From Gracilinanus agilis (Eukaryota), in NCBI RefSeq assembly GCF_016433145.1, contig NC_058130.1, positions 5,584,373 to 5,644,051 of the forward strand: a stretch of DNA of 59,679 nucleotides, read 5' to 3'. Below, piece after piece: positions 11,055-23,630 of the stretch (its first letter is position 1; every line of letters starts with the position of its first letter). The notes below the pieces were generated by a model. It was given only the letters and a program-made list of their open reading frames with translations. It did no database searches and was not told the origin of the DNA. The position numbers were made by a program, and so were the translations under genes.

Positions 11055-11190
11055 CTTCTCTCCCTCCCTCCTTTCCTTCCTTCTTTCTTTCCTCTATTCC
11101 TCCTCCCTCCCTCTTTCCTTCCTGCCTCCCTCTTCCCTCCCTCCCTGACTCTGTCCCTCCCTCACTTTCTTCTTTCCTTCCTTCCTTCCC
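11055..11190. repeat. (TTCC)n/(CCCT)n low-complexity tract
   Basis: Directly visible. Confidence 0.9.
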
Positions 11191-12685
11191 CCACATAGTC
11201 AAAAACCTTGATTTGAAAGACGACAAGCCTGAGGTCCACTTGCACTCAGTTACATGTCAAATGTCCCAAGCTTGTGCCTGGGAGAGCTGGGATTTGTCCC
11301 AGAGTCCTCTGCTCCAGATCCAACATCCTTTCTTTCTGCCATATCAAGATGCTGCCCACAATACAACAAGAGAATGGTTTTGTGAGGAAAGAGAATGTCT
11401 CGACAATGTCTCGACAGTGTCTCGAAGGCATTTTCCCCTTTTCACCAAGTGGTCCCAGTATTAGTATATGATCTAAAGGTTGTTATTGGAAGGATCAAAA
11501 TCAAATCAATTTCCTCCACTTCAGGAGGTGCTTATTGATCGTCTGCTCTGTCCAAGCTTCTGCACTCCCCACCGGGCATAAAGGAACAGTAAAAAAAGAG
11601 TCCTTGTCCACGAGGAGCCTTTATTCTTTTCTGGCTGGATGGAGGTGTGACAGATAAGTGAACAGAAGACACTTTGCAGAGACAAGTATGTGCCAAAGGT
11701 TCCTATCTTGATTCAGAATGGCAAAATCCTGGAAATAATCCATATGTCCAATGATCAGGGAATAGGAATGGTAGTGTGGTCTAATGGCTAGAGAGTGAGG
11801 AGAGAGAGGATTCAAATCCTTACTGTCTGTGTTGTAAAGGGCAAGTGAAATGGCTGCTTTCTTTGAGCTTCACCTCCTGCCTCTATTAAATGGGCTTTGT
11901 AATGCCTGGAGTACCTGCCTCACAGCGTTTCTGGACACAATGGAGGACATTATGTTTAGAAACCCTTAAAGACTAGAATGAACCAGGGCATATGAATGCA
12001 GAAAATTAGCTAATTAATACTAAATGACAGCTAAATGAGAAGACACAGAAGAAGCGATTTCAAGAGACTCGAGAAAACAGAGACTGACCAGCACCATATC
12101 TATCCACAGACTATAACAAAATATCATGAAGCACAACAACAAAATCAGACAAAATGCTCACCTTTCAGCGGGCTTTAGGGGAGGATGTGGGCATGGGCAG
12201 AGCGTTAACCTTTTTAAATCTCCTTTTGGGGGGTACATAGGCCTGGGATTTTATTATGGGGAATTCCCAATGTGAACACTCAAGAGCTTCCAATTGGCAA
12301 TTGCTCTATAATTATTTCTTAGAGAGTTGCCTGGGGGCACAATGGGTTAAATGATTTACCCATGGTCACACGGACTAACGTACTCAGAGAAGAGAAAGGC
12401 ACGGTTTTGGAGTATAAGCTTTTATCTATGATCCTTTACATTTATTTATTTGAACCTTTTTATTTCACAAAAATAATCCACAGAGAATATTGAAGTGGCA
12501 ATATTATCAATGACTTTCCAAAACAGTGTCCTCAGGAATGGAAGGCTTCTTCATTGTGGGAGGGAAAGATCTCAGGACCAAAGAATTTTGCAGCAATTTG
12601 GCATCTCCAAAACCAAGTTGTGCCTTTGGAATTCCTTAGGGCATGGGCTTCCCCTCAGTGGGACTTGTGCAAGAAATATGGCACT

Positions 12686-12843
12686 CAGGGGACAGTCGGG
12701 TAGCTCAGTGGATTGAGAGCCAAGCCTGGAGATGGGCGGTCCTGGGTTCAAATCTGGCCTCAGACACTTCCCAGCTGTGTGACCCTGGGCAAGTCACTTA
12801 ACCCCCATTGCCTACCAAAAAAAAAGTGAAAAGAAAAAAAAAA
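12686..12843 (+). mobile_element. Short-form opossum SINE (head plus CORE, then A-tail)
   Basis: 15-bp TSD aagaaatatggcact at 12671-12685 and 12844-12858. Confidence 0.92.
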
Positions 12844-14433
12844 AAGAAATATGGCACTGCTGTCCATGCTGGTTCCTGAGAATGACCTAAGGTAAACATG
12901 GCGGCCACAACAACATGGAATCGTCAAGGAGTTTCCAGCTCCTGGAAAGCTCCCAAGTCACTGAATGCCACCCTCAGAATAGTGAGTTCCACGAGAGCAC
13001 AGCTCATGCCTGAAAAGAGCTTCACCCCTTCCCGTGCCCAGCCCATTTCCCGGCACCTAGCACATGTCTGCTGAATGAATGGATAATATCTGAAGGGTGT
13101 GTTGGCCCATGTTAAAACAGAGCTGCAACGGGAGCACTTGGGTGCGAGTCTTTGTTTGCTTTCTGTTCTTCACAAAGTTGTGTGTGTGTGTGTGTGTACA
13201 CACACTTTTAGCTCCTTCCAGCTAGAGCAGAAACTGGACATCTTGTTATGGCTGGGAAGATGTCTTTTCTCTCTCAGCACCTAGCGCATCATCGTAGATG
13301 GCCCGTGGCGTCTTGACAAGAATCTCAAAGGAGGCAGGGAGCCTGGCGAACTTCGGCCAATTTGGGGCTTTCTTTCACGTTTGGAGTTTCCGCCTCCCAG
13401 TAGTTAAAATAGAAAAAAAAAAAAAGAAAGAAAATTTAGATGGAAAATTTGGCCTCTGGCGTGAGGAAGACGCAGTCGTCACTGCTTTGCTGCTTCTTCT
13501 TCTTTATTTTTTTTTTTTGTGTTGTTAAAATAAAAATGGCAGAATGGAGCTCTTTCAGGGCGAGGAGAGAAAAAAAAGGGGCTCTTCACATTTCCCTTGA
13601 AAAAATGCCTTGGTCCCCCTCCCCCTCCCTTTTGCTTCTGCGCCACAGGAGTGCATATCAAACAGGAGAGATTTCTATGGAAAAGTTATTCCTGGGCTGA
13701 GCTGACTTCCTCAAAGCGCTGCCCCTTCCCTCTCTGTCCTCTTTTTCCTTGCTTTGCCTCTTCCTCCTCTCCGTTGCTCTTTTCCGTGTACGGCCCCCCT
13801 TCAGAGGAGGAAAGTTGAGTTCCATCCCAATTATGAAATCTTCGGAGACCATTCCCACATGGTTCTGTAAATGGTAGCTTCAGCCCGAGTTCTTTCATCT
13901 CCTTTCCTGCTTTCCTGGCTGACAGTTGAAAAGGTCCGACTGTGCCACACAAAGGTTTGATTGCTTTCTCTGGGGGAGACTTTTCCCTGCCTCATCATTC
14001 GCTAGGCAGGTGGACCAGAAAGTCTCTTGATTCTTTTGTTGCGTCTCAAAGTCCAAGGTCTTTGACTGAATAAATCCGCCGTCATGGGATAATTTGCTAA
14101 AAGGGGCCTGAAAGATGTGAGAAAAGAAGCCGGACGACTTGGGTGCTGAATTAATGAAATAACTGGGCCTTCCACTTTGCAATTGGAAAATCACCAGGAA
14201 TGCAGGGGGTGGAGACAGGCTGCAGAATGGCAGCCTTTCTTTCCCAGAAGAAACTTTTCCTTCTATATTATTTCGAGGCTGCCTCGACCGTAGAGGGGCT
14301 CCTCGGACGGGCCCTCGGGGATTTGCATCTGTCACCGGCCTGGAAGGGGGAGCCCTGGCCGGATAAAAGGCGCCCGGGCGCAGGGCCTACTTAGTCATGA
14401 GATGATTACGAGGGGACGGCGAGAATCCCATAT

Positions 14434-14669
14434 NNNNNNNNNNNNNNNNNNNNNNNNNNNNNNNNNNNNNNNNNNNNNNNNNNNNNNNNNNNNNNNNNNN
14501 NNNNNNNNNNNNNNNNNNNNNNNNNNNNNNNNNNNNNNNNNNNNNNNNNNNNNNNNNNNNNNNNNNNNNNNNNNNNNNNNNNNNNNNNNNNNNNNNNNNN
14601 NNNNNNNNNNNNNNNNNNNNNNNNNNNNNNNNNNNNNNNNNNNNNNNNNNNNNNNNNNNNNNNNNNNNN
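14434..14669. other. Assembly gap (236 N)
   Basis: Run of N. Confidence 0.99.
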
Positions 14670-17600
14670 CCACCGAGAATCCCGGACCTTGGGAAATGGA
14701 GCAGGGAGCCCGGATCATCTTTCATAACAGTGTCGATGATATGACAGTTTTGTTATCTGTCTTATTAATGAAATCATTGATCACCTGATGAGGGAGATAA
14801 TAAACTGTGCTCCTCTGCCGTTCCCGAGGCTCAATTAGATTCTTTAAAAAATAGGGACGGGGTGGGGGAGGGAAACAAAACAATGGATGGCAAGCAAGGC
14901 TCCGCCTGGATTTAGAACTTTCCGAGGCTCTTTCAGGCTGTATTCATCTCTAGCCTGGAAAATGGCGGGGATGAGATGGCCGCCGACAGGGTCCCCTCCA
15001 ACTCTCAGATTCAGTGACCCGGCAATGCCGAGCGAACCCACGGATTTGGACAGAAAAGAGGCTGAGGTTGGGTTCAAGGGATTCGTGAAGTGAATTTGGA
15101 AAGCCAGTTCTTTGGGCCAAGAAAGACTGGCTGTATGCAAGGGGTACCATATCAGCCTGAGGAACAGGGTGACGGAGGACAGGGCTTTAGGGGAAGCCGT
15201 CCAGAGGAAACCCCAGAGGTACACGAGAAAAGAGGGGAGTTCTGGGTCCTTTCTGGCAGCGGGCATTGAAAGAGCCAGAGATCCATCTCTAGGAGGGCAG
15301 CAGGCTGCAGTCTTGGAGGGTCTTCCTGAGATGGAGAGAGGGAGGCGAGCCGCCAGGCCACATAGCTGCAGAGTGAGGGGGAAAGTTCTAGCCTTGGTGC
15401 ATCCTAAAATGCCTTTTGGATTCCAGCCCCGCAGGAAGGCGGCTCCCACCGACCACCACAGCTCTGCTTGGTTGCTTCTCTCAAAGGCTGGGGGAGCTCT
15501 TTCCGGGGAGGGCTGATGATGACTTCTCGTCTTTCCCTGGAGGTTGTCCTTTGAGGTGTTGGTCCATTCTTCCTGCCGGTGGCGATCCATTCACCGGCTC
15601 CATAGACCTCCCCCCGACCCCCAAACAAAAAAGCTTGAAAGAGAAGCTGTGATCAAAGGCTCCCATGATGTCACCGACCCCTGAGAATCCAGGAGGAGTC
15701 TGGAGACTTTTGCACCCTCCCACTTTTTCTTATCACTGCACATCCACTAGCACTGCCCCTCTGATGGCCCTCAATCTGTGGTCATTGTGGCATGTACTTC
15801 TTCTCCCTTGAATTGTAATATTCAGGCGTCTCCCTGCTTCTCCCCAACCCCCCCCCCCCATCCTTAGGGTTATTGTAAGTGACTTGTCTCCCCTCTAAAA
15901 GGGGGAACATGATATTGTGAGTTGTGAAGGTGTGTGTGTGTGTGCGCACGTGTGGCAGGAAAACGACTTGCTGCCGTCAAATCCAGAGTGGTAGAATTCC
16001 CAAGTGTGAATACGAGCTTCGCCACTTACCCTGGGCCAGCCTCTCTGGGCCTCGGTTTCTTCATCTAGAAAACGAAAGCGTCCGGCTAGAAGATTCCACT
16101 GAAAGTCTCTGCTGCCGTCCGCATGTGGAGCGGCCTTGTTTCGGCTTCACCTCGAGCCGCTCCATCACGTGGAGATCATGGTTTAGAGGGAACCATTCGT
16201 CGCTGTTAAATATGAGGTTGGGGTGACTTCGGATGGCCCTGGGCATGCGGATACTCGGTATGGTGATTAAACCCATGTTAGTGGGTTTCATGGAAGTTGG
16301 GGAAGCCACGGAATGCCTCTCTACCACGGGCGAGGGTCACATCTGTCACATCTGGGCTTAGGAAGGCAAAGCAGACTATTGTGCCTTCTGCCTCCTGAGC
16401 TTTTCAAGTGCAGAAAAAAAACATGAAGAAAGAGGTGCTGGGGAAGAATCCACCCTTCTGCTTGCAGCTGGGGAGAGAACTGCCCAGGGCTGGCACTGAA
16501 TAGGGCACCATGGAGAAAGCTGAGTCTCCAAGTCCTCTCTTGGAGGAGGAGAGCAAACAGGGACGGTTGGCCTGAGATTAGAGAAGGAAAAGACCAAGGA
16601 TTGCCCAGAGAGCCGGGGCAGCTCCTGTGGCTTGCTTTGGGCGCTTGGGCTGGTGTGTAGATCATTTCCTCATCCTGAAGGCTTCCTTCTTGGCCGAGCT
16701 CCTGATCAGGATTGATAAGTGTGTTTTTAGACCCAGACAAGCATCTAAAGATAACAGATAATGCAAATGAGCCTTTTTGATGAGGCAGCAAAGCAATTAA
16801 CAAGCGATTGATGGATCTCACAGACCTGCTTTGCGCAGATCAGAGTTGGAATTCTGTCCCCCTCTTGTCATTGCTAATAGGGAGCAAAGGCCTTCGACTG
16901 GAGCCCAGTCAGAACTTTAATCAGAAGATTAGCAAAATGCCCCTCTCGAAACCTTGGGCTTACCTCCGTCGCCAAGTCGGACTCCCAACTTTCGGAGCAC
17001 GATCAGATAAGATGGGAATTCGATATTCATTTGAGTTCTTCATCCCAAACCTCTGCGATGGGAAAACACCCAGCAGCCTGCCCGCCTCACGGGGAGGCCA
17101 AATCAAACACACTTTCAAAGAAGCAGCATCTCGGGGCTGTTTGCAGATGCCGATTGGCTTCAGAGCAGAAGAAAGTTCCTTCCTCAGAAATGTGGTGGGT
17201 AGTTCCGGGGACGGCTCGCCATGTATTATAAATAGAGTTAGCTTAGCCAGAAACAGATGTATGTCCAGGGAAATTATCTCACGTTTATTTATGTTTTGAT
17301 TTATCGAAAACATGTGCCCCTGGACGAAGGCTCCGGGCTCTTTTCCTCAACTGAAGAGAACTCCGCTTTAAAAACAGGCTAATGGAAAACCACATTGTCA
17401 AGGGGATATGACTCCGTTCCAACACCAAGTGGTTTCTTTTTGTTTTTCCCAAAGAAAATTGGGTGAATGGAGATCAGTAACCGCAAAGGGACCCAAGTTC
17501 CAATTCTACCTCTCCTTGTATGGCTTTGGATATACCACTTTCCAAACCTGGCTCTGTTTCTCCGCTCTGGAAAAGGAGGCAGCAGGACTCTAGTGTCTAA

Positions 17601-17959
17601 GGCTAAGGGCTTTCCCGGCTCTAAATCTCTGTTCTGTGATTTTGCTTTGATTAGGGTTAATTCTAAGAAGAGAGGAGACTGAGGGGCCTGGTAAGGAATA
17701 ACAGTGTACGGTGTCCCTCCTGTCCTTAGTGGTTGGTAGCGGGTGGGGATGCCTTCATTCAAGGGGTTGGGGGTCATCGTTGCAATCCTAAACTCCTACC
17801 ACAACCCCCTATTCCCAGCATCCCACAGTGATAGGAAATTGGGAAAGAGGAAGAAGGAAAGAAGCTGGTAGTTTGTATTTGGGATGGCATGAGAAAACGA
17901 CTCCATTAAAAAAAAAAAAAAAGAAATTACTCCACAATTTGGTTCACAGACTTGTTCTA

Positions 17960-18159
17960 TTTTTTTTATTTAAAAAATTTTTTTAACCCTTAACTTCTGT
18001 GTATTGGCTCCTAGGTGGAAGAGTGGTAAGGGTGGGCCATGGGGGTCAAGTGACTTGCCCAGGGTCACCCAGCTGGGAAGTGTCTGAGGCCGGATTTGAA
18101 CCCAGGACCTCCCGTCTCTAGGCCTGGCTCTCAATCCACTGAGCTACCCAGCTGCCCCC
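17960..18159 (-). mobile_element. Opossum SINE1
   Basis: Full-length reverse copy ending gagctacccagctgccccc. Confidence 0.95.
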
Positions 18160-20411
18160 ATCAGTCTACTTTTGACACCCTTATTTCGGTTTCTCTCAAT
18201 GAACCGTCCCTGGCAATCCTTAGCTGCCTTCCTTCCCCTTGTAACTTGGACAAGCCCTCCTTCCTTGCACATCAGTTCCTGCCTCTGAAAAATGAAGAGC
18301 TTGGATTAAAGAGCCCTTGAGGGCCTTTCGAGCTCTTGGTGTGTGAATGAAGAAGAAGAAAAAATGAGTAACAATGACAAGAAAGACACTTCAGCAAAAG
18401 GAAGCGCCACAGCAGCTGGCCCGGACAGAGTATACCCTCTCCCACACTGTCGACCTCCACTCACGTCTAAAAGAAGGCTGCGAGACGCGTTTTGTCATTT
18501 CTTCCCTGGGACCAACTTGGCGACCTCCAATGTTTCCAGTGGTGTTGCATGTTTTACCAATGGCGTGCTTAGGGCGGAGGGACCCAGAACTTGGATGCTC
18601 TTCCCATATTGGGGGTTGTCTTCTAAGTCAGAGAAATGGGCACTATGAGCTGCTACTCCTGCTTGTTATTTATCCTCAGCTGACATCTGGGATTAGCTAA
18701 GATTGCAGTAACATGCCTGGGGAAGTACGGAGGTGCCTTGACTACTTCCTGGCCGGCACACAAGTGCCACATGCCTCGAGGGATCTCCCTGGTGTCTGGG
18801 CTGGGGTGCCTGCCAACCCCACCCCTGACTTAGCCCCACGTCGTAGCTTCTTTTTGTCCTGGAGGCTGTTGAATCTAGAGGATGAGGCCACCCCACTTGC
18901 CAGAGGAGCCTTTCATAGTTCCTTGTTATCCAGAGAATAGAGTCGAATCCGGAGCCTGGCCTTTGACAGCTTGTCCAGCCAGGGTCCAGCCAGCCTTCCC
19001 TCTCTCCTCTTCCACTCCCTCTCTCTCTCCATCCACTGCATGCCTGCCTGCTCCACCTGAGGTGGTCACTTGCTTCTCCCTTGCTGTCTCTCTGCCTTGG
19101 CTCCTGCTGTCCATTCTTCACCCCCACCCTCCTTCCGGAGCGTCCCCTGGGGAACCTCCATATTTTCTCAAGCCTGACCTCGAAGTCATCCAGCTCTAAT
19201 GTTTGCCAAACGCTTTTAAGAGTCCTTCGCTCTTCTGGTTCATGCTGCGAGGTCACGCCTCTCTCTGCTTTTGCTCTCATTTTAAGGAGGAGGAAACGAA
19301 GACTCTTGGAGGGCGAGTGACTCGCCCTCGCGTCCCCTGGCTAGGAAGTTCTCGGATCTCCACCAGATCTTGGGGATTCTGGGTCCCCTGTGCCATCCTG
19401 CCTCCCGAGGCTTAGCTCCTCCTAGGCTCTCTTCCCTAGTGATGCCAGGTGGCAGGGATAGATTTTTCCTCCCCATCCTGGGCTCTCCCCTTCCCCTTTG
19501 ACTTCAGCTGCCTCTGCCTTCTTGTCCTCTTGGGCTTGGATCTCTTTGGGGTCCACTGAATTTTTGGAAGCCACGGTGTGAGGGGTATCCATGCTTACAT
19601 CTCTCTTGCTACAAGCCCAGCCCCCGACTAGCACACAGTAGGTAGACACGGATGGGCAACTAACAGCAGATGCCACATTTTCACGAATAGACGAGAGCAT
19701 TCCTAATGCAGAGGGCAGCATCTTGGGGGCTCGATGAGGTTTGGACGTGTGGGAGTCCATCATCCAATCAGTGAACATTAGGCTTTGGGGACACAAAGAA
19801 AGGCGAGACTCTGCCTGTTCTCTGGGGGCTTTCGCTCTGGAAGGCCTCCAGTGAGGAGGAGTCACTTTGGTTTTGGTTCCCTCTAATGGTTAGAGAATTT
19901 TTCTTGACATCAAGCTCACCCTTTGCAGCTTCCAGCCATCATTCTGAATTTCTGTCTTTTGGGGTCAAAAGTCAAAATGGGGGGAAAAGTTTTCATTCAT
20001 TAAAGGCTAACCATGAGCTAACTATGGAAAGAGAAATCCTGAGCCTTCCCACACCCCCTCTTTCTGGGGCATTAGAGCTAAGTGATGTTGGCTTGTAATT
20101 ATGGGGTGCCAACTGATGGGGAGAGAGCACGTGGTGAGGCTCTAAGCTCTGTTTTATCTGAGAAGATAACCTGGGAGATGCCACTGAGGAGGAAGTGAGT
20201 GATCTGAGAAGGAGACAGGCCAGGCCTGGAATGAGATTTAGGGAGAACGGCTGGATGGTCCCCGAGGGTCCTGCCACCTATGGATGTTGGGTACCTAAAG
20301 AAAGGAAGTCCCCACCCCTCCCCCTGTGGATCATGTAGGAGATAATGGAAGAAGAGTCCCGAAGGAGGGGAATACATGGATGGAGTCCAATCTGTATCAT
20401 TGGTGGGAATA

Positions 20412-20594
20412 CCTTACCTTCTATCTTAGGATCAATCTTGATTCTATGGCAGAAGAGCAGTAAGGGCTGGGCGATGGAAGATAAGTGACTTGCCCAGGGT
20501 CACACAGCTAGAAAGTGTCTGAGGTCACATTTGAACCCAGGACCTCCCATCTCTAGGCCTGGCTTCCTCTCAACTGAGCCACTAAGCAACCCCC
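20412..20594 (-). mobile_element. Opossum SINE2-type element (older, longer tail)
   Basis: Tail ccttaccttctatcttaggatcaat...ggcagaagagcagtaagggct plus CORE and head. Confidence 0.88.
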
Positions 20595-20941
20595 TACCCC
20601 ACCCCAGGACCATAAACTCATTGAAGCATTGAAGATATATTCAGTGTCCACAAGCTTGTACCTGAACTCATCTATACCCCAGAGCTGGGTCTAGAAGCTT
20701 TTAAAATACAGTCATGCCTGCTCCACCCACGTAGGGCAATCTGGAGAGAGCCATCACTGGCCTGGCCATGGAACCAGGCTCCCTTCCCCTTGTATTCAGT
20801 AGTGTGGCCTGCAGGCACTTTCATGGTCTTCCTGTTACCTTGGCTCTGGGCTCAGCTGAGCTCAATGGAGAGTTGCTAAGACTCTGAGAAGTGGGGATGA
20901 GTCTGAGGTTGGTAATGCCAAGCCTCCTGTGTACTTTAGGC

Positions 20942-21146
20942 CAGGGGTCGGCAACGTATGGCTCTCGAGCCGTATCAGGCTCTTTTGAGGGCCATCTCTG
21001 GCTCTTCCTACAGGAGCCATAAAGTCCATTTTTTTCAGGTGCTGTTCCAGGAGCGGCACTGTGAGCACTGGGCGGCTCTCACAAAATGACATTTTAAAAA
21101 ATGTGGCGTTTGTGGCTCTCACGGCCAAAAAGGTTGCCGACCCCTG
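20942..21146. mobile_element. hAT-superfamily MITE, copy 1 (205 bp)
   Basis: Perfect 14-bp TIR CAGGGGTCGGCAAC...GTTGCCGACCCCTG. 8-bp TSD ctttaggc (20934-20941) / ctttaggg (21147-21154). Confidence 0.95.
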
Positions 21147-22039
21147 CTTTAGGGAAAAACTCCTCTCTGGTCTCTCAACACCAGCGGTTTGTTCTTTGCC
21201 AGTTGTATTAGCCCTTCCTCAAGACTGATAGGACAACACGTGGTTGGGTGGATTTATTACCCCCCCAGGTGCATGATGGGATCAGAGAGTGCGGAGCCAG
21301 CAGAGATCCTGTTGGTGGTTGTTGGTTTTTTTTTTTTTTTTTTTTTTTTTTAGGATTGGCACTAATGAGCAGATCAGGGAGTCTTCTGGGCCATACTTTG
21401 GACCCTCCATGACCCGCCTTCACTTCTTAGACTCCAGCCAGTCCATCCTGCTGGCTGTTCCCCTACTTTGATCCTCCATTCTTCCACAGCCATTCCTTTA
21501 TTCCTGCTGTGCCCCATTCCTGGACTGCTCTCCTTCCTCATCTCATCTCATCTCATCCTTCTCCTTCAAGGCCATCTCAGGGTTGCCTTTTCCATGATGT
21601 CTGCCCCACCCCTCCAGGTGGCGACTTTCTCCAGAGATTGACCAGTAGCACCCCCAGGCCCAATCCCATTTTATCTTGAAATACATTCCTTTGTGGACTT
21701 GCCATATCATAGATGAAACCGTTGACTGAGCTAGAAGAGTCGAAGCGGTCATCTAACCCTAGTCTTAGATGGGAAGAGTCCGAGGCCTGGCAAGATCAAC
21801 CCTAAAACGAGTCAGCGGCAGGTCTCTGCTCCAGCTTTCCTGATCTCTAGGCCAGCTGTCCTTCCACTTAGCTCGATTCCCCACACACTCCCCATCCCCA
21901 CCCCATCCCGATTAAGGGTCTGTTGTGTACCGAGCCCCGCGGTTGGCACTCAGGTCAAAGAGTCAAAAACGAACCAATCCTCTCCCTAAAAGACTTGATT
22001 TTGCTTTGGGGGTGGGCAGGGGGCCGTGCTATGGACAGA

Positions 22040-22400
22040 GGTGCCTAAATTAAGGGTCATTTGAAGACAGAGAATAGGAACAACTGGGAGAATGAGGGAA
22101 GGACTCTGTGGGGCCTGGCAATGGAGTCTGAAAGAAGCTAAGCCTTCAGAAGGAGCGTATCCTCCGCCTGGAGAGACAGCTGGTGCAAAGACCTGGCGTC
22201 GGGAGATAACATGTTGAATTAAGAGGATGGTTGTAGGCCAGAAGGCACCAGATGGAGAGTGCGCGAAGGTGATCTCATCCTAGTTTGTGAGGGAACTCAA
22301 GGTGTGGAAATAGGGGAACAATATGAATCAAAGCTGGTGAAGTAAGTCCTGAGAGGCTTGAAATGCCAAGGTGGGGAGTTTTGCCTGTTTGCCCTTGAAG
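22040..22400 (-). mobile_element. L2 remnant
   Basis: Purine-rich antisense L2-like text (gacagctggtgcaaagacctgg...). Confidence 0.5.
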
Positions 22401-23379
22401 CAATCAGTCTAGCAAGTACCTAGTACAGATGCCCATTGAGTTTAAGTGATTTGCCCAAGATAGTAAGCATCCGAGAGAGAATTTGAACCCAAAGCCACTG
22501 CTCATTCTATGGTCACATTGCCTCTGTGAGGGATACAATGACAAAAATGGAAGCATTCTTGCCCTCGAGGAGCTGACTTCCCAGGATCCTCCCTGCTTAG
22601 ACCTTTCTGGCTATTCTGAAATAAGTTTGCCTCTGGATAGGGAGAAAGGGGCTAGAGTAGAGCCAGAGGACTTGGCTTCTGCCAGTGGGGCTGGTGGGGG
22701 CACAGGCTGTTCTTTCTAGCCCCAGCCCCATCGGCTGGCCTGGCCCACAGTCAGCACTGGCTCTCTTGCATTGATTTAAAAGAGCTCCGGGTAGGGGCAG
22801 AAGGTGGACAACCACAGTACGTGGGTCTGTAAAGCGTATTCGTCTTGGAATCCATTATAAATGGTGTGACTTTAGGGAAATCGCCTCCCCGCTTCTCTCG
22901 AACCTTTAATTTAATATGGCGGCTGTGCTAAGCTTGCCTATTGACCCCGTAGAAGAGCAAGGAGGAACGCGCTTTGGAAACGACACCGTGATTCAAATAT
23001 AGACAACAGGAGTGAGTTTTAGGGGTGGTGAACCTTTGGAATGAGCTTGCCAGGAAGCCATCACCATGACTGGCCAGAGAAGCTCCCCCGGATTCACCCT
23101 CAGGGCTGAGCTTGAGTCACGGAGTCATCAGAAGGGGCTTTGCTGCTGTTCTTTGGTCATCTTCTTCTTGTTCTTCAGCAACATCCAGGGCAAAATAACA
23201 CAGCAGGAAGTGGAAGACCTGAACCTGAATCCCATTCTTGCCACTGACTACCTCTATGATCCCGGATGAGCAAGTCATTGCATTCCTCTCTTTGGGACTC
23301 CATTTCCTATGATGTAAAAAGGGAAAGAGTGGCAGGATGGAGCCTGGGTTAGACGCTCTCTAAAACCCCTTCTCACAGC

Positions 23380-23630
23380 TAGGAGGAACAGTCGATAGAG
23401 TACTCATCTGGAGTCAGGAAGACTCATCTTCATGAGTTCAAATCTGGCCTCAGACACTTATCAGCTGTATGATCCTGGGCAAGTCACTTGATCCCGTCTG
23501 TCTCAATTACTCATCTCTAAAACAAGTTGGAGAAGCAAATGACAAATCACTCCGGTATCTTGGCCAAGAACGGCCAACGGAGTCACAAATAGTTGGATGG
23601 GGCTGAAACATGCCTCAGCAACAGCAAGAA
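23380..23630 (+). mobile_element. MAR1-type SINE, preceded by a MIR3 at about 23160-23360
   Basis: ctggagtcaggaagactcatcttcatgagttcaaatctggcc head and RTE-type tail (ggagaagcaaatgacaaatcactccggtatcttggccaaga). Confidence 0.85.

Noticed and set aside
14844-15590. Longest ORF in the window (248 aa, minus strand)
   Set aside because: No recognisable domain or homology and overlapping ORFs in other frames; stop-poor frames are expected in GC-rich sequence. A BLASTP hit or codon-level conservation would reopen it.
18693-19280. 195-aa minus-strand ORF
   Set aside because: Low-complexity R/G/S-rich translation of pyrimidine-rich sequence, probably partly old repeat.
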